From Chrysochromulina tobinii (taxonomy: Eukaryota), in NCBI GenBank assembly GCA_001275005.1, contig JWZX01003263.1:1-64000 (forward strand): a stretch of DNA of 64,000 nt, in the 5' to 3' direction. The notes beneath the pieces are model-generated. The model searched no databases, had not been told where the DNA came from, and saw nothing but the letters and a program-made list of their open reading frames with translations. This document shows, piece after piece, positions 24,782 through 37,334 of this stretch (positions are counted from its first letter, which is position 1; each line of letters starts with the position of its first letter). The translations under genes were made by a program, and so were the position numbers.

Positions 24782-26842
24782 TTAAACCACCCGTGCCATC
24801 ACCCATTGCTGGACGGGCTCGCGACAGTACGGACAAATCTTCATGTTGGCCGCGCAGCACTCGCACGCGAGCAGATGGCCACACGGCACCGCAAGGTGCG
24901 ACTTGGACCCCACCATGCACACGATGCACGTGGTCTGGCCACCGATGGTCGATTCGGGCGCCTCGTTGTGCACACGGCCGGTGATGTTGCCCACGTCGGC
25001 AAGCGTCAGATGCCTCTCCGCTGGCATCAAACCTGCAGCCGGTGCTGGGGCCGTTGGCAGCTCAGGGGCAGGGGTCGGAGGATGCACGGTAGTCAGGCCG
25101 CGCCCACCGCGCCCTCCACGCCCTCCACGCCCCCCTCGCCCGCCGCGGCCAGCGCTTTCTGCCACAGCCAGCGCCACTGCGCGCTCCACCTCCGCGCGCT
25201 CCACCTCCGCCCTCTCCGCCTCGACCCTCGCCTCCACGTCTCTCTCCACTGCCAGCTCTCCTTCTGCCTCCGCCCTCTCCGCCTCCGCCCTCTGCACCGC
25301 CAAGCAGTGAGCCTCTGCCTCAGCCTCGTTTGCCCGCGCTGCCTCCGCCTTGGCGGCCTCGTGCGCTGCCGCCCGTGCTGCCGCCTCTTCGGCCACCTTC
25401 ACCACCTGCTCAGCCGGCGCCTGCTGAGCCGCCGAAGCCGCAGCCGCAGCGGCAGTCTCCGCGGCTGCCGCCTCTGCTGCAGCGGTTGCCTTTACGCCCT
25501 CCTCCTCGATCTTCTCTTCTGCCACCAAATCCACTTCTGTCGGCTCTAACGGCGGCGCCGACAAGCTGGTGGCCGCCTCGCCTGCGGCTGTCGTCGTCAC
25601 TTTACCCTTTTTCGCCTTCTTCTTTGCCTTCTTGGACGCCTTTTCGGCTCTCGCTTCCTCCTCAGCGATCAGGCTTGCCATCATCGCGTCGGCACGCGCC
25701 TGCTTGTCGTCGCGCGAGAGGCCGCCTCGAGCGCCGCCAGCCACGACGGACGCGCCAACTGCACTGGACGCTGCTGCGGCGCATGATATGGCGCTGTGCT
25801 GGGTCGCAGCCATAATTGCAAGTTGGCCCTGCGCCTCGGCATGACCCTGGTCCGCAGCGAGCCTGAACAGCGCCGCAGCCCGCGTATCATCTTCGGCCAC
25901 ACCGCGTCCGACAAGGTGCATGTATCCAAGTGAGCACTGCGCCATGGCAAAGCTCTGGTCCGCAGCGAGCTTGAACAGCGCCGCAGCCCGCGTATCATCT
26001 TGGGCCACACCGCGTCCGTCAAGGCGCATGAGTCCAAGATAGCACTGCGCCGCGGCATTGCCCTGGTCCGCAGCGAGCTGAAGCAGCGCCGCAGCCCGCT
26101 TGTCATCTTGGGCCACACCGCGTCCGTCCAAGTGCATGCCTGCAAGTTCGAACTGCGCCGGAACATTGCCCTGGTCCGCAGCGAGCTTGAACAGCGCCGC
26201 AGCCCGCTTGTCATCTTGGGCCACACCACGTCCATCACGGTGCATGTGTCCAAGTGAGCACTGCGCTGCGCCAAAGTCCTGGTCCGCAGCAAGCTTGAAC
26301 AGCGCCCCAGCCCTTTCGTAATCTTGAGCCACACCGCGTCCATCACGGTGCATGGCTCCAAGATAGCACTGCGCCGCGGCAGCGCCCTGGTCCGCAGCGA
26401 GCTGGAACAGCTCTGCGGCCCGTTTGTAATCTTTGGCCACTCCGCGTCCGTCATGGTGCATGACTCCAAGATCGCTCTGCGCCGCGGCAACACCCTGGTC
26501 CGCAGCGAGCTTGAACAGCGCCGCAGCACGCTTGTCATCTTGGGCCGCACCGAGTCCGTTACGGTGCATGCGTGCAAGTTCGCACTGCGCCGCGGCATGA
26601 CCCTGGTCCGCAGCGAGCTTGAACAGCGCCGCAGCCCGCTTGTCATCTTGGGCCACACCGCGTCCGTCCAAGTGCATGCCTGCAAGTTCGCACTGCGCCG
26701 CGGCATCGTGTGGATTCTCGTCGTTCGCGTTGTAGAGAGTGAGAAGACGCGTGCGCGTGGCAGCGTCGATCGGAGCGAGCGTGGCGGCGTCGCTCGACTG
26801 CAGGCTGGACCCGACAGTGGAAGACGTTCCGGCGGACAACAT
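24782..26842 (-). CDS. Sel1-like repeat protein (~8-9 x 36 aa) with coiled coil, RGG tract and C-terminal RING finger
   Basis: AAAQC.LG.MH.DGRGVAQDDKRAAALFKLAADQG repeats; CIVC...PCGH..ACECC....CPYCR. Confidence 0.9.
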   Translation of the reverse strand: MLSAGTSSTVGSSLQSSDAATLAPIDAATRTRLLTLYNANDENPHDAAAQCELAGMHLDGRGVAQDDKRAAALFKLAADQGHAAAQCELARMHRNGLGAAQDDKRAAALFKLAADQGVAAAQSDLGVMHHDGRGVAKDYKRAAELFQLAADQGAAAAQCYLGAMHRDGRGVAQDYERAGALFKLAADQDFGAAQCSLGHMHRDGRGVAQDDKRAAALFKLAADQGNVPAQFELAGMHLDGRGVAQDDKRAAALLQLAADQGNAAAQCYLGLMRLDGRGVAQDDTRAAALFKLAADQSFAMAQCSLGYMHLVGRGVAEDDTRAAALFRLAADQGHAEAQGQLAIMAATQHSAISCAAAASSAVGASVVAGGARGGLSRDDKQARADAMMASLIAEEEARAEKASKKAKKKAKKGKVTTTAAGEAATSLSAPPLEPTEVDLVAEEKIEEEGVKATAAAEAAAAETAAAAAASAAQQAPAEQVVKVAEEAAARAAAHEAAKAEAARANEAEAEAHCLAVQRAEAERAEAEGELAVERDVEARVEAERAEVERAEVERAVALAVAESAGRGGRGGRGGRGGRGGRGLTTVHPPTPAPELPTAPAPAAGLMPAERHLTLADVGNITGRVHNEAPESTIGGQTTCIVCMVGSKSHLAVPCGHLLACECCAANMKICPYCREPVQQWVMARVV

Positions 26843-27341
26843 TAGCGACGGCGCTCTCGCGGCGCACAGGCGCCTGGGCAACTCTGCTTGAGTGGAACTC
26901 TGTGCTGTCAACTTGCATGCATGCAAAAAAGATACGAGGGTTTTGGCAACGAGGCTGTCCCCCCAACACGATACTGAAGTCTTCTGTTATATTTTATTAC
27001 CTCTTCGGCTGATACGTGCAAAGTCGATGGGACTCGGCGACGGCTCGCACGCCATCGGAACGGGAGGATGATTCGGAAGGGCACCGTTCTCTTTGTGGCG
27101 AAGGACTCGAAGTCGGTGTGCTGGGTGGCATGGCGACGAGGAGCAGGCGGACGGAGCAGCAGCGCATGCAAAAAGCCTGCGATTGCGCTAAAGAAGACGT
27201 GCGAGACCCGGAAGTGCGCAGCTCAGAGAAAACGAATGGAAATTTCCTTTTAGCTTTTTATCGAGTCAATCGTGAATCGAGTGACAACGCGGCCGCACTG
27301 GAATTTGGTCACATACTAGCTAGCAGCTAGCTAGCAGCTGT

Positions 27342-27563
27342 AAACATCCACCAAGTCCACATCCCTCCACGCGCCATACAATCGTCATCCAATCGTGCGG
27401 TCGCACCCAACATGAGTCATGACCGGTCGGGTGGGAGGCCCCACCCCTTCCTGTGGCCTGTGCGCCTGCTATGTCTTCTCAGCTACGCCACACGGGATTC
27501 GGCCCCGCTGCCTCCGACGGCATGACTGCAAACCCGTCGACCGCCTCTATCCGCATGGGATGG
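27342..27563. repeat. Direct repeat copy B; overlaps the 3' end of the upstream minus-strand gene
   Basis: Matches 24478-24717. Confidence 0.9.
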
Positions 27564-30500
27564 TCGCTACCGCTACCGCTGCAGCTGCCCATGAATGCCA
27601 ACCGCTCGCCACCGCTGAGCCCTTGGAGATCGGCCGCCGGGCGCCACGAGATCGGCGTCCTCGTCTTGGAGATCCCGTGGTGATCGTGGGGGGATCGTGT
27701 GGAGATCTCGTGGCCAGAGGCACCAGGGAGGGCTTGTGCACGTGAGGGCGCCGTGACGGGCGCACTCGTTGGGCGATTGTCAAGCACTGGCTCTGCGGCC
27801 GGGGACTGCGGCGGCGGGGGTGGCTCAGCGTCATAATACGGTGTCTTGGGCTCCTTGATCACAAAGGGGGTGTTCGCGCGCCGGCGGGGTTCCCGGAGTG
27901 TCTCCATGAAGAGAACCTGGCGCCCTCGACCAAAGGTCCCTAGAATGGTTACGAATTGTCGCGGTGAGATCGTAGCGAGATCGTAGCGAGATCACAGGTC
28001 GCGGTGAGATTTGAGCGAGGCTGCAGTGAGATTGCAGCGAGATTGTAGCGAGATCATGAACGCCTTGCATTGGCGTGCTCCATCAGTGAATCCATCAGTG
28101 ACACCATCAGTGGACACCATCAAACGCAATCAAGAGCACAATCATTTGGTCTCATGTCGTCGTCCAGGCATACCTTCACGCAGCGCAAGGTCATGCACAG
28201 CCTTCAGTCGATCGATCTCTCGCTGCAGGCGATCGCCTTCGCGCCCTTTCGCCGCGACGACGCGTCCAATCTGAGCATGCATCGTCTCCTCGAGCTCCAC
28301 CTGATGAGAGGGGCAATCAGAGGTCATCAGAGGCACCTCGAGCTCCACCTGATGAGAGGGGCAATCGGCGTGGATCGTCTCCTCGAGCTCCACCTACCAG
28401 TGTGCACGTAATTGTGCCCGGATTGGTGCCCAATCAGTCGCAATCAGTGTGCCAGTCCGACACACAAGCAGGGTGCGACCAAACAATCAGTTGCCCCCAC
28501 CCACGAACCAGCCGCATTCACAGAGCCGCAACCCTCTCCACAGAGAATCCTCATCACCTCAATGGCATCCCAGCTTGTGTGCATGCAGCTCACTAGCAGC
28601 TCACCTTGTTTGCATGCAGCTGCTCGTGCGCACCCCGCAGCTGCATCAGCTGCCCGTGATAGTCATCGCGCTCATGCGACGCCTGCGCGAGCGCCCGCCG
28701 CAGCGCCTCCACCTCCGTTGCATGCGCACGCTCAGTTCTCGTGAGCTCAATCTCAGCCTGCGAGGTCGTATCTGCCACCTCGGCGCGCCAGAGCCGTTTC
28801 GCGCGGGAATTGTCGTTGAGTGCCTCGCGAAGCTCGGCCTCGAGATTCTTCACGTGCTCCGTCGCCTGTGTTCACGCGTCCGAGGCAGCACTCGCGTGAA
28901 CACAAGGCAGCGCTCGCGCAGCTCACAGGTCGGCCATCCAAATCTCCACCAATCTTCAATCAACGGCCCTGCATCGCCATCAATCTGTGGAGACTTGCAA
29001 GGAGATGCGATGCACAGCACACCTGCCCGAGCTCGCGATCAAGACGCAATCCAGACGCAATCAAGACTTGCAAGGAGATGCACACCTGCCCGAGCTCGCG
29101 CTGCGCCGTCCTGAGCGCCTCTTCGAGCGACTTCTTCTCATCGGCCAGCCGCCGCCGCTCAGCCTCGATCGTGTGCTCAGCACGGCGCGTCTGCGAGTGC
29201 GCGAGAGCACGCAGAGAGGCACATTCAGAGGCACTCAGAGAGGCACTCAGAGACGCAGAGAGGCACATTCAGAGGCACTCAGAGAGGCACACTCAGAGGC
29301 ACTCACGACGTAATCACTCGACGCACCTCAGCGAGCGCGGCAGCCTCAAGCTGCTCGATGGTCCCAGCACTCTCGAGCTCGAGCACCTGATGAGGGAGGT
29401 CATCAGAGGGTCATCAGTGGCAATCAGATGGTCCCGCAGCGCTCTCGAGCTCTCGAGCTCCGGCACCGTGAGCTCATTAAGCAGCGTGCGCTCCGCAATT
29501 GCATGCTCGTGGTCCAGATGGCCTGATGAGGGAGGCATTTAGTGGCCATCGGTTTGTGGTCAGGGGAGCTCCAACCTCCCATGAGGGAGGTCATCGGAGG
29601 TCATCGCAGGTCAGGGGAGCTCCAACCTTCTATGAGGGAGGTCATCGGAGGTCATCGCAGGTCAGGGGAGCTCCAACCTCCCATGAGGGAGGTCATCGGA
29701 GGTCATCGCAGGTCAGGGGAGCTCCAACCTTCTATGAGGGAGGTCATCGGAGGTCATCGCAGGTCAGGGGAGCTCCAACCTCCAATGAGGGAGGTCATCG
29801 GAGGGCCATCAGAGGGCCATCAGAGGGCCATCAGAGGGCCATCAGAGGGCCATCAGAGGGCCATTAGAGGGCCATCAGAGGGCCATTACCGAAGCTTGTG
29901 GCCGCGCGCTCCCATTGCGCCTGTGCCTCGCCCGCATGTACTGCATGCACTGCATTGGCCTCGTGCTCGAGCTGCTCGGCGGTCGAGCGTACCAGCGCGG
30001 CCGCCTTGAGCACGTGCAGCACGATCGCGCGTGCACAGAGCCCAGCGAGTTGCGTAGGCCAGACGGTGCGGCCGAGCTCGGCGGTCGCCTCGTGCTCGGC
30101 ACGGCGCGAGGCCTCGCGGGCCGTGGCTGACTCAGCGAGGGCGCCGTCCAAAGAGGCGCGTAGCTTGGCGATGGAGTCCTGCCGAGGCGCGAAGACGTCA
30201 CTCGCCACCGTCCTCAGGCCCAATGAAGGCGGGGCTCTCATCCTGGGCGGCGAGCGCCGGTATGCTGCCGCCGCCGCCGCCGCTCCCGCTGCGGCCGCCG
30301 CCGCCGCCGCTGCCGAGGACATCTCGTAAATCTCGTTCCCCGGCGGCGCGGACGGTGCCGCAAAGATGGCGTGCGGGTCCGCCTGCATGGCCGCAGCGGC
30401 GGAGACCGCCGCGGACGGCCAGCCCGGTAGCCCGTTCCCGTGCGCATCCTGTAAGGGAGCAGCTTGCGGCTTGTGCGCGCCCGGCATGGCGCCCGGGAAT

Positions 30501-30820
30501 CCAAAGGAGACCCGACGTCCAGAGACAGGGCCATGTGCTTGTCGGGTGTCTGCGGTGCGTACGGGGACGACTTGGGGGTAGCTCGCAGATCGCTGAACGG
30601 CACCGTGCTTGGCGAGTTGCAGGTCACGTTGAAGGGCTCCGCCCCATGGCGAATGCTGGTCGGCGCGTACGCTGGGCGCAACCAACCGATGGCCGTGGCC
30701 GGTCGCGTAGTGGATGTTGCTGATCGAGGAGGCCAATGAGCTGGTGCGGAGTGGAATTGCGCCCGGGTGAGGGCTTCGCAGCATGCGCTCCCAGATCTGC
30801 CTGGAGCGCTCCTCCGCCAT
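27479..30820 (-). CDS. Multi-exon hypothetical coiled-coil protein
   Basis: Coiled-coil exons (IAKLRASLDG, ERRRLADEKKSLEEAL, KNLEAELREAL, LQREIDRLK) separated by repeat-filled introns with CCTCATCAG-type acceptors (e.g. 28301, 29387, 29523); exact structure unresolved. Confidence 0.55.
29561..29888. repeat. Intronic minisatellite: ~5 x 51 bp units, then ~8 x 11 bp GAGGGCCATCA
   Basis: CAGGGGAGCTCCAACCT at 29561, 29612, 29663, 29714 and 29765. Confidence 0.9.
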
Positions 30821-31655
30821 GCGAACGATTCGTGTGGACTCGCTTGACTGTCTGTGAGTCCAGATGAGTCGGTGTCGCGGGAGCCCAGGTGCCTGCGAGA
30901 GCAACGGCTCTCTGTCCCCTATCGATGAAAACTTGATTTTCGACAAACTTGCTCCGCATGCACGTAGAGTTACGAAAAGCGCCGTCCTGGTGATTTCGTA
31001 AGTCGACGCGCGCTCGAGGGGAGTCGTGTGTGTCCGGTGTGTTATTCCAGAACACCGGTTCGACCTTTTCAGCCCGGCGTCCGAGAGGGACCAAGTCTAC
31101 AGCATACAGGCCGCTGGACCCCGCCCCCAAGGTAATATATGTCATGTATTGTGTGAAACTAGTCCTAAAAAAGCACCGCGGCGCGTGAACACACACCGTG
31201 ACACTCAATGAAAGACGCTGCACGTTGATACCTCTCTCATTAGTACATTGAGCGAGTCCTCAAGATCATCTCGAAGGGTCTGGAGGCGAGGTCGGCTGGC
31301 GCCCTGAGGTGCCCTGATATGGCATCATTACATATCAAGCAAGCCTAAAGCCCCAGTCCCCGTCGCTCGTTCCGTGAGCGAGGCCGCATACGCACACATG
31401 CCGCAGTTCACGCAAATGGCAGGGGGCTGGCGCTGCCACAGGGGGCTGGCGCCGCTACAGGGGGCTCGTTTTCCTCGGCCGCAGCATTCACCCAGAGTCA
31501 ACATCTGTCGGGAGGCGCTGCGGCGGCCAGCGGACGTGGTGGTGGTGCAAGCGCAAGCGCGGTCGTAGCTGGCCTGGTTGACGTTCTGCCGTCGGCAGAT
31601 GCGGTAGGGCGTGCCGCCGACACGGTCGGCCGCGTCGCCTTTATCGACAGCCGTT

Positions 31656-34600
31656 TCAAGGTTGGTGTGTGGAGAGGCTGCGCCAAAATCGGAGATTGCG
31701 CTGGACGTGCTCTCCGATTTGGTCGATCTTCGAAGGCGCAGCAGTGGGCCGAGAGGAGGATGCTTCAGCAGTGGGCCGAGAGGAGGATGCTTCAGCAGTG
31801 GGCCGAGAAGAGGATGCTTCAGCAGTGGGCCGAGAGGAGGATGCTTCAACATGAGTGGGCCGAGAGGAGGATGCTTCAGCGTGACCATGAGCATGATCCT
31901 CTGAGATCACAGATTGCGGCGGCTTGCCTGATCGCACGCAATGGGCTTGCATGCACGCTTCGAGCCTCTCGAGCACGGTGCTCATGTTCGGGCGGTCCTC
32001 TGGACGCTGCGCCCAACACCCCTGCATAAGGTCTGCGAACCCGTGGTGATTGGGGGGTAGCGAGATCGGCGGCCGTTGCCCCCGCATGGCGCTGAGGCAG
32101 GCATCTATCCCCGACATCCCCTCAAAGGCGCGGCGCTCATGCATGAGCTCATAGAGCAGCAGGGCAAAGGCATAGACATCTGTGCGGTCCGCGCAGCTGA
32201 TGAGCGTGCGGTGTTTGGAGCTGACGCTGCTACAGTCGCCACGTTCAAGGCTCGCATAGTTCGCATCCACGATCTCGGGCGCCAGATACCGGAGCGTCCC
32301 CCCCCCCATGGGAGGCCTGCATCTCCCCCGGTACGCCTCACCTGGTTCAGGGAGAGGCTCGCTAAACCAAAGTCGGAAAGCTTGCACACGGTGAAGCTAA
32401 TGTCGAGCAGTGCATTATCTGTCTTGACGTCGCAGTGCAAGATGTCGTTCGAGTGGAGGAAGCACAGCCCGCTCGCCAGCTGCACAGCAAACCCAAGGTG
32501 CTTGTCGAAATCGGGGGTTGCTAGACAAGGATATCGCGGCGCCTCCTGCAGTGTGTAGCCGTCGGGCGCCGCTTCGCGTGCGGGGATGGACCTCGCCCCA
32601 CTCGTGAGACGATGGTACGAGGAAGCCAGGCTCGAAAGCCCCCGTGAAAATGCGTCGTGCAGGCCGGTCTGGACATGCCCGTTTGACGTCAGAGTAGGCT
32701 GGAAAAGGTACGCGGCGAGCGAGCCGCCGGCCATGTACTCGAGGACGAGCGCGGGCTGCTGCTCAACCCGCATGTGCCCGAAGAGGGCGCAGATGCACGG
32801 GTGGCGCAGACGACGAAGGATGGCCACCTCCTGGAGCGCCGACCCGTCAAAGTTCTCATTCGCCACGTGAAGGACTTTGACAGCCAGGGTCGTGCCCTGC
32901 CACCGTGCCATCCAGACGGTTGCGAAGCCACCCTTTCCGATTGGCCTGGCCATCGTGAGCGTCGAGAAGTCCACCACCTCGAGCTGCTGCGTCGGCGTGT
33001 CGGGCTGCGCGTCAAAGGCAGTGGCGGCGGCGGCAAGGCTGGTGGTGGCAGCGGCAGGGACGATTGTAAAGGGGGGGGCGCACAAGGAGATGGAGGGAGC
33101 GCCGCTGGTGCCAGGGCTTGCCCGCGGCGACATCACTATGCGCATCCACTCCAGCGGCACACGCAGCCGGCCGCTCATCTGTTTGCGTCGTGCCCACCGC
33201 TGCCCACAGCAAACACAGAAGACGATCACCATGAGAATGGCAACAGAGTAGGCGAGGGCTGTCACCACAAACGGTCCATGTTCTGGTGCAGCTGCCCTTA
33301 TAGGCGTTGCCGTAGGCGTTGCCGCTGGGGAGCTTGATGGTGGCAGGCTGATTAAGTCTACCTTTTCCGAAACTGGCAATGGAGGGCGTAATGGCGCCAT
33401 AATAGAAGCAGCGAAGCAGCTTGCGGCGTCCCCTCCCGTAACCATCTTAGAGCCGAAAGTTACGTCGCCTACGAAGTGGCCCGTCACGAGAGCACCTCCG
33501 CCGCCGCCATCATACGCGACTCCATAACCGATGGCCTTTGACCTACCGCCCGCCTGGACTGCCACATCGATGGCGCCCGACGCCGTCACGTGCATCACGA
33601 ACGCGTCCACCATGCCCCGACTCAAGAGTGATGTCGAGCCAAACCATGCCGCGCCGCTGAACCCGCCAGTCGCGAGAGCACCGCCCGCGCCATCATGCGC
33701 GATGCCGTAGCCGATATCATTGGCCGTTCCGCCTGCCTGGATGGCCCAGTCGATGGCGCCCGAAGGCGTCACGTGCATCACAAACGCATCGTGCTCGCCT
33801 CGACTGTGGAATGTCTTGGAACCGAACCATGCGTCGCCGCTGAAGCCGCCCGTGACGAGAGCGCCTCCCGCGCCATCGTACGCAATATCATAGCTTCCGA
33901 GTGCCGCCCCCCCCCGAACGCCGCCCGCCTGGACGGCCCAGTCGATGGCGCCCGACGCCGCCACGTGCATCACAAACGCGTCGTACATGCCGCGGCTTGT
34001 GAGTGATGTCGAGCCGAACGACGACGCGCCCTGGAAGTAGCCTGTCACGAGAGAACCGCCCGCGCCATCGTGCGCGATGCCGTGGCCTTTGTCATCCAGA
34101 TCGCCGCCCGCCTGGACGGCCCAATCGATGGCGCCCGATTTCGTCACATGCATCACGAATACGTCGAACACGCCGCGGCTTGCGAATGACGATGAGCCAA
34201 ACGATGCGTCGCCGCAGAAGTGGCCCGTAACGAGAGCACCGCCCGCGCCATCGTACGCGATGCCAAGGCCTTCGTCGGAGTACGATCCCCCCGCCTGGAC
34301 GGCCCAGTCGATTGTGCCCGACGCCGTCACATGCATCACGAACACGTCGAACTCGCCTCGGCTCGTGAGTGACGTTGAACCGAACCATGCGTCGCCACTG
34401 AAGCCGCCCGTCACGAGAGCACCGCCCACGCCATCGTACGCAATGCCACTAACATGGTCAATGGACGTACCCCCCGCTTGGATGGCCCAGTCGATTGTGC
34501 CCGACGCCGTCACGTGCATCACGAACACGTCCGACCGCACGCGTTCGTACCCGCCTCGGCTTTTGAGTAACGTCGAGCCGAACCAAGCGTCGCCGTGAAA

Positions 34601-36004
34601 GGTACCCGTCACGAGAGCACCGCCCGCGCTATCGTGCGCGATGCCGAGGCCGGTATCGTCGAGTGTGCCGCCCGCCTGGACGGCCCAGTCGATGGCGCCC
34701 GATTTCGCCACGTGCATCACAAATACGTCGAGCGCGCCGCGGCTTCTGAGTGACGTGGAGCCGAACGAGACGACACCGCTGAAGTAGCCCACCACGAGAG
34801 ATCCTCGACCCTCCAGTACGTCACCATCGTGCGCGATGCCTTGGCCACGGACCATTGACATGCCGCCCGCCTGGACGGCCCAGTCGATGGCGCCCGAGTC
34901 CGTCACGCGCATTACAAACATGTTGGCACCACCTCGGCTGTTGAGCGTCTTCAAGCCGAACACGAGGTTTTCGCTGAAGAAGCCCGTCACGAGAGCACCG
35001 CCCGCGCCGTAACGGGCAATGCCGTTTCCTTTGACCTCGGCTGTGCCTCCCAATTGCACAGCCCAGTCGATGGTGCCCGACGCCGTCAAGTGCATCACGA
35101 AAGCGTCGGAATGGCCTTGGCTGTGGAGTGCTGTCAAGCCGAAGACGGCGTCGCCCATGAAGTAGCCCGTCACAAACGCACCGCCCACGCCGTCATGCGC
35201 AATGCTGCTTCCTTTGACCTCGGCTGTGCCTCCCACTTGCACAGCCCAGTCGATGGCGCCCGACGCCGTCACGTGCATCACGAAAGCGTCGAAAGTGCCT
35301 CGGCTGGTGAGCGAAATCGAGCCGAAGGATGCGTCGCCGCCGAAGGTACCCGTCACGAGAGCACCGCCTGTGCCGTCGTACGCGATGCCGTAGCCTTCGT
35401 CAATGGCCGTGCCGCCCGCCTGGACGGCCCAGTCGATGGCACCCGATTTTATCACGTGCATCACAAATATGTCGTACTCGCCATCGCCTCTGCTGGTGAG
35501 TTTCACCGATCCGAACGATGCGTCGCTGCTAAAAAAGCCTGTCACGAAAGCACCTCCCGCACCATCATGCGCGATGCCGCTCCCTTGGTCTCGGGCCACG
35601 CCTCCTGCCTGTACGCTCCAGTCGATGGCGCCTGATGCCGCCACGTGCATCACGAACACGTCGTAATCGCCTCGGCTCGTGAGCGACGTTGAACCGAACG
35701 ATGCCCTGTCGCTGAAGTAGCCCGTCACGAGAGCACCACCCGCGTCATCACCCGCAATGCCCAAGCCTTGGTCCTTGAGTGTACCCCCCGCCTGGACAGC
35801 CCAGTCGATGGTGCCCGACGCCGTCACGTGCATCACGAAAGCGTCGTAATTGCTTCGGCTCGCGAGAGACGCAGAGCCGAATGATACATCGCCACTGAAG
35901 TAGCCCGTCACGATAGCACCACTTGCGCCATCAACCGCGATGCCCATGCCTTGGACTGTGCCGCTGCCGCCCACCTGAACAGTCCAGTTATACTCTGATG
36001 TCAT
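31656..36004 (-). CDS. Receptor-like TKL protein kinase with 14 beta-propeller (SBBP-like) repeats, TM helix and kinase domain; frameshift at C10 run 32298-32307
   Basis: 14 x ~60-aa WAVQAGG...GIA.DG.GGALVTG.F repeats; TM ALAYSVAILMVIVFCVCC; GKGGFATV, AVK, HCDVKTDN, DFG, GTLRYLAPE, DVYAF. The start may lie further upstream (36139). Confidence 0.85.
31735..31880. repeat. 27-bp coding tandem repeat (AEASSSRPT x5)
   Basis: CAGTGGGCCGAGAGGAGGATGCTTCAG units. Confidence 0.85.
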
Positions 36005-37334
36005 CCAGTGAGAGAAGCTAGCGCTGCAACCTGCAGCGCACAGTTCTTGCAGCCCAGCAGGTCTGTTCCCCGGCCACGAGGGAAATTTTCCTCGGTGAGA
36101 CTTCGGTGAGCCCCTGCTCTTCTCATCAAAAACTGCCATTGAGTGCCGCTGATTTTTCTCCGACTAATCAGATTTCCGTCAATAGGTTTCTAAACAAAAC
36201 TGGTCTTCGACTCATAGATCGGCTCAGTTTTCGTCGACTTCGCTACAAGGCAGAGCGGAGCCGTCCTTTGAGACGGTACTTGTACAATTGTATGGTGCGT
36301 GAGCGCGTGGCCCGCGACGAAACGGTCTTGACTTGATTGCCGCATGAGGAGGCTCGGGTTTGAGTGTTTTTGAGTGCAACCGCAATCGATATGGGCCCAG
36401 GGGGCGAGGGCTGGGGACCCGCTTTTCTTTTCGTCTCTCTATACAAAAACTTGCACCCGGACCCGGTCGGGGAAACTGCGGACGCCACCTACGGACGCCT
36501 CCCACGCAGCCGGGCGGGTCGGCGGCGGGCGCGCGCAGGCCATCGGTGCGAGGCAACCTCTGTGGGTTACGCACACGCACCAGGCGGGGAGGTGACGATG
36601 GCAGGGCGCGCGGCGCATGGAGACTAGATGGCGGGGCGCGGCGCGTGGAGACAATCGCGCCATCGTCGCCTCCCCCGGTTCTGCTCGGATGCCGTCTCCC
36701 ACATCACCTTGCAATGCGCCCACGCTTCCTGTTGCTACCGTCCCCGTCGGGGCGGCGTTGGAGACGCCGGCGGCATCGAACCTGCGTGCACCGATGCGCC
36801 CGATGGCGCGCCTCCCCCGTGGGGAACGCAAAGACGCACTCGACACCGTCGCATGACGACGGTGTCGAGCACAAGTGGTGGCTTCCATCGCCGCCGCCGC
36901 CGCCGCCGCCTCCTCCGTGGGCGTCAAGCCGCAGGCCGAGGCACCACATTCGGCGCCGGTTGCGCCGCGCGGCGCGCTGCGTCGGCGCCTTCGCCGCCGC
37001 ACCTGCACAGCACGCGCGCGCTCCGCGCCATCGATCCGTGCTGCGCGGGCACGAGCTGGCCCGAGCTTGAGAGTCCGAGCGCAGCTCCTCCGTAGCGCGC
37101 GCGCGTCAAGACGCGCGGCGAAAGGCGCGGGCAGGTCGATGGCAAATGGAGAGATGGTTGGGAGCAGCGCCGTCCGCCGACGCGCCTGGATGGAACCGGC
37201 CGCAGCGGGGCGGAGGAGGCGCGCATCGCGCGGAGCGCAAAAAAAGGTTGCACGAATTAAAGGGGGTCCGAGCCAGTACCCTGAAAGGCTGCTGCGCTCG
37301 CCTTTTTCAAAGTCCCCAGGATTCGACACCCACC

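Noticed and set aside
24478..27563. LTR retrotransposon interpretation of the direct repeats
   Set aside because: No TG...CA ends, PBS/PPT or gag-pol, and one copy overlaps a neighbouring gene's 3' end.
29561..29800. CRISPR-like regularly spaced repeats
   Set aside because: No unique spacers; it is an intronic minisatellite.
36360..37330. Long overlapping ORFs on both strands
   Set aside because: Low-complexity, GC-driven ORFs with no recognisable motif; a real gene or UTR cannot be excluded.
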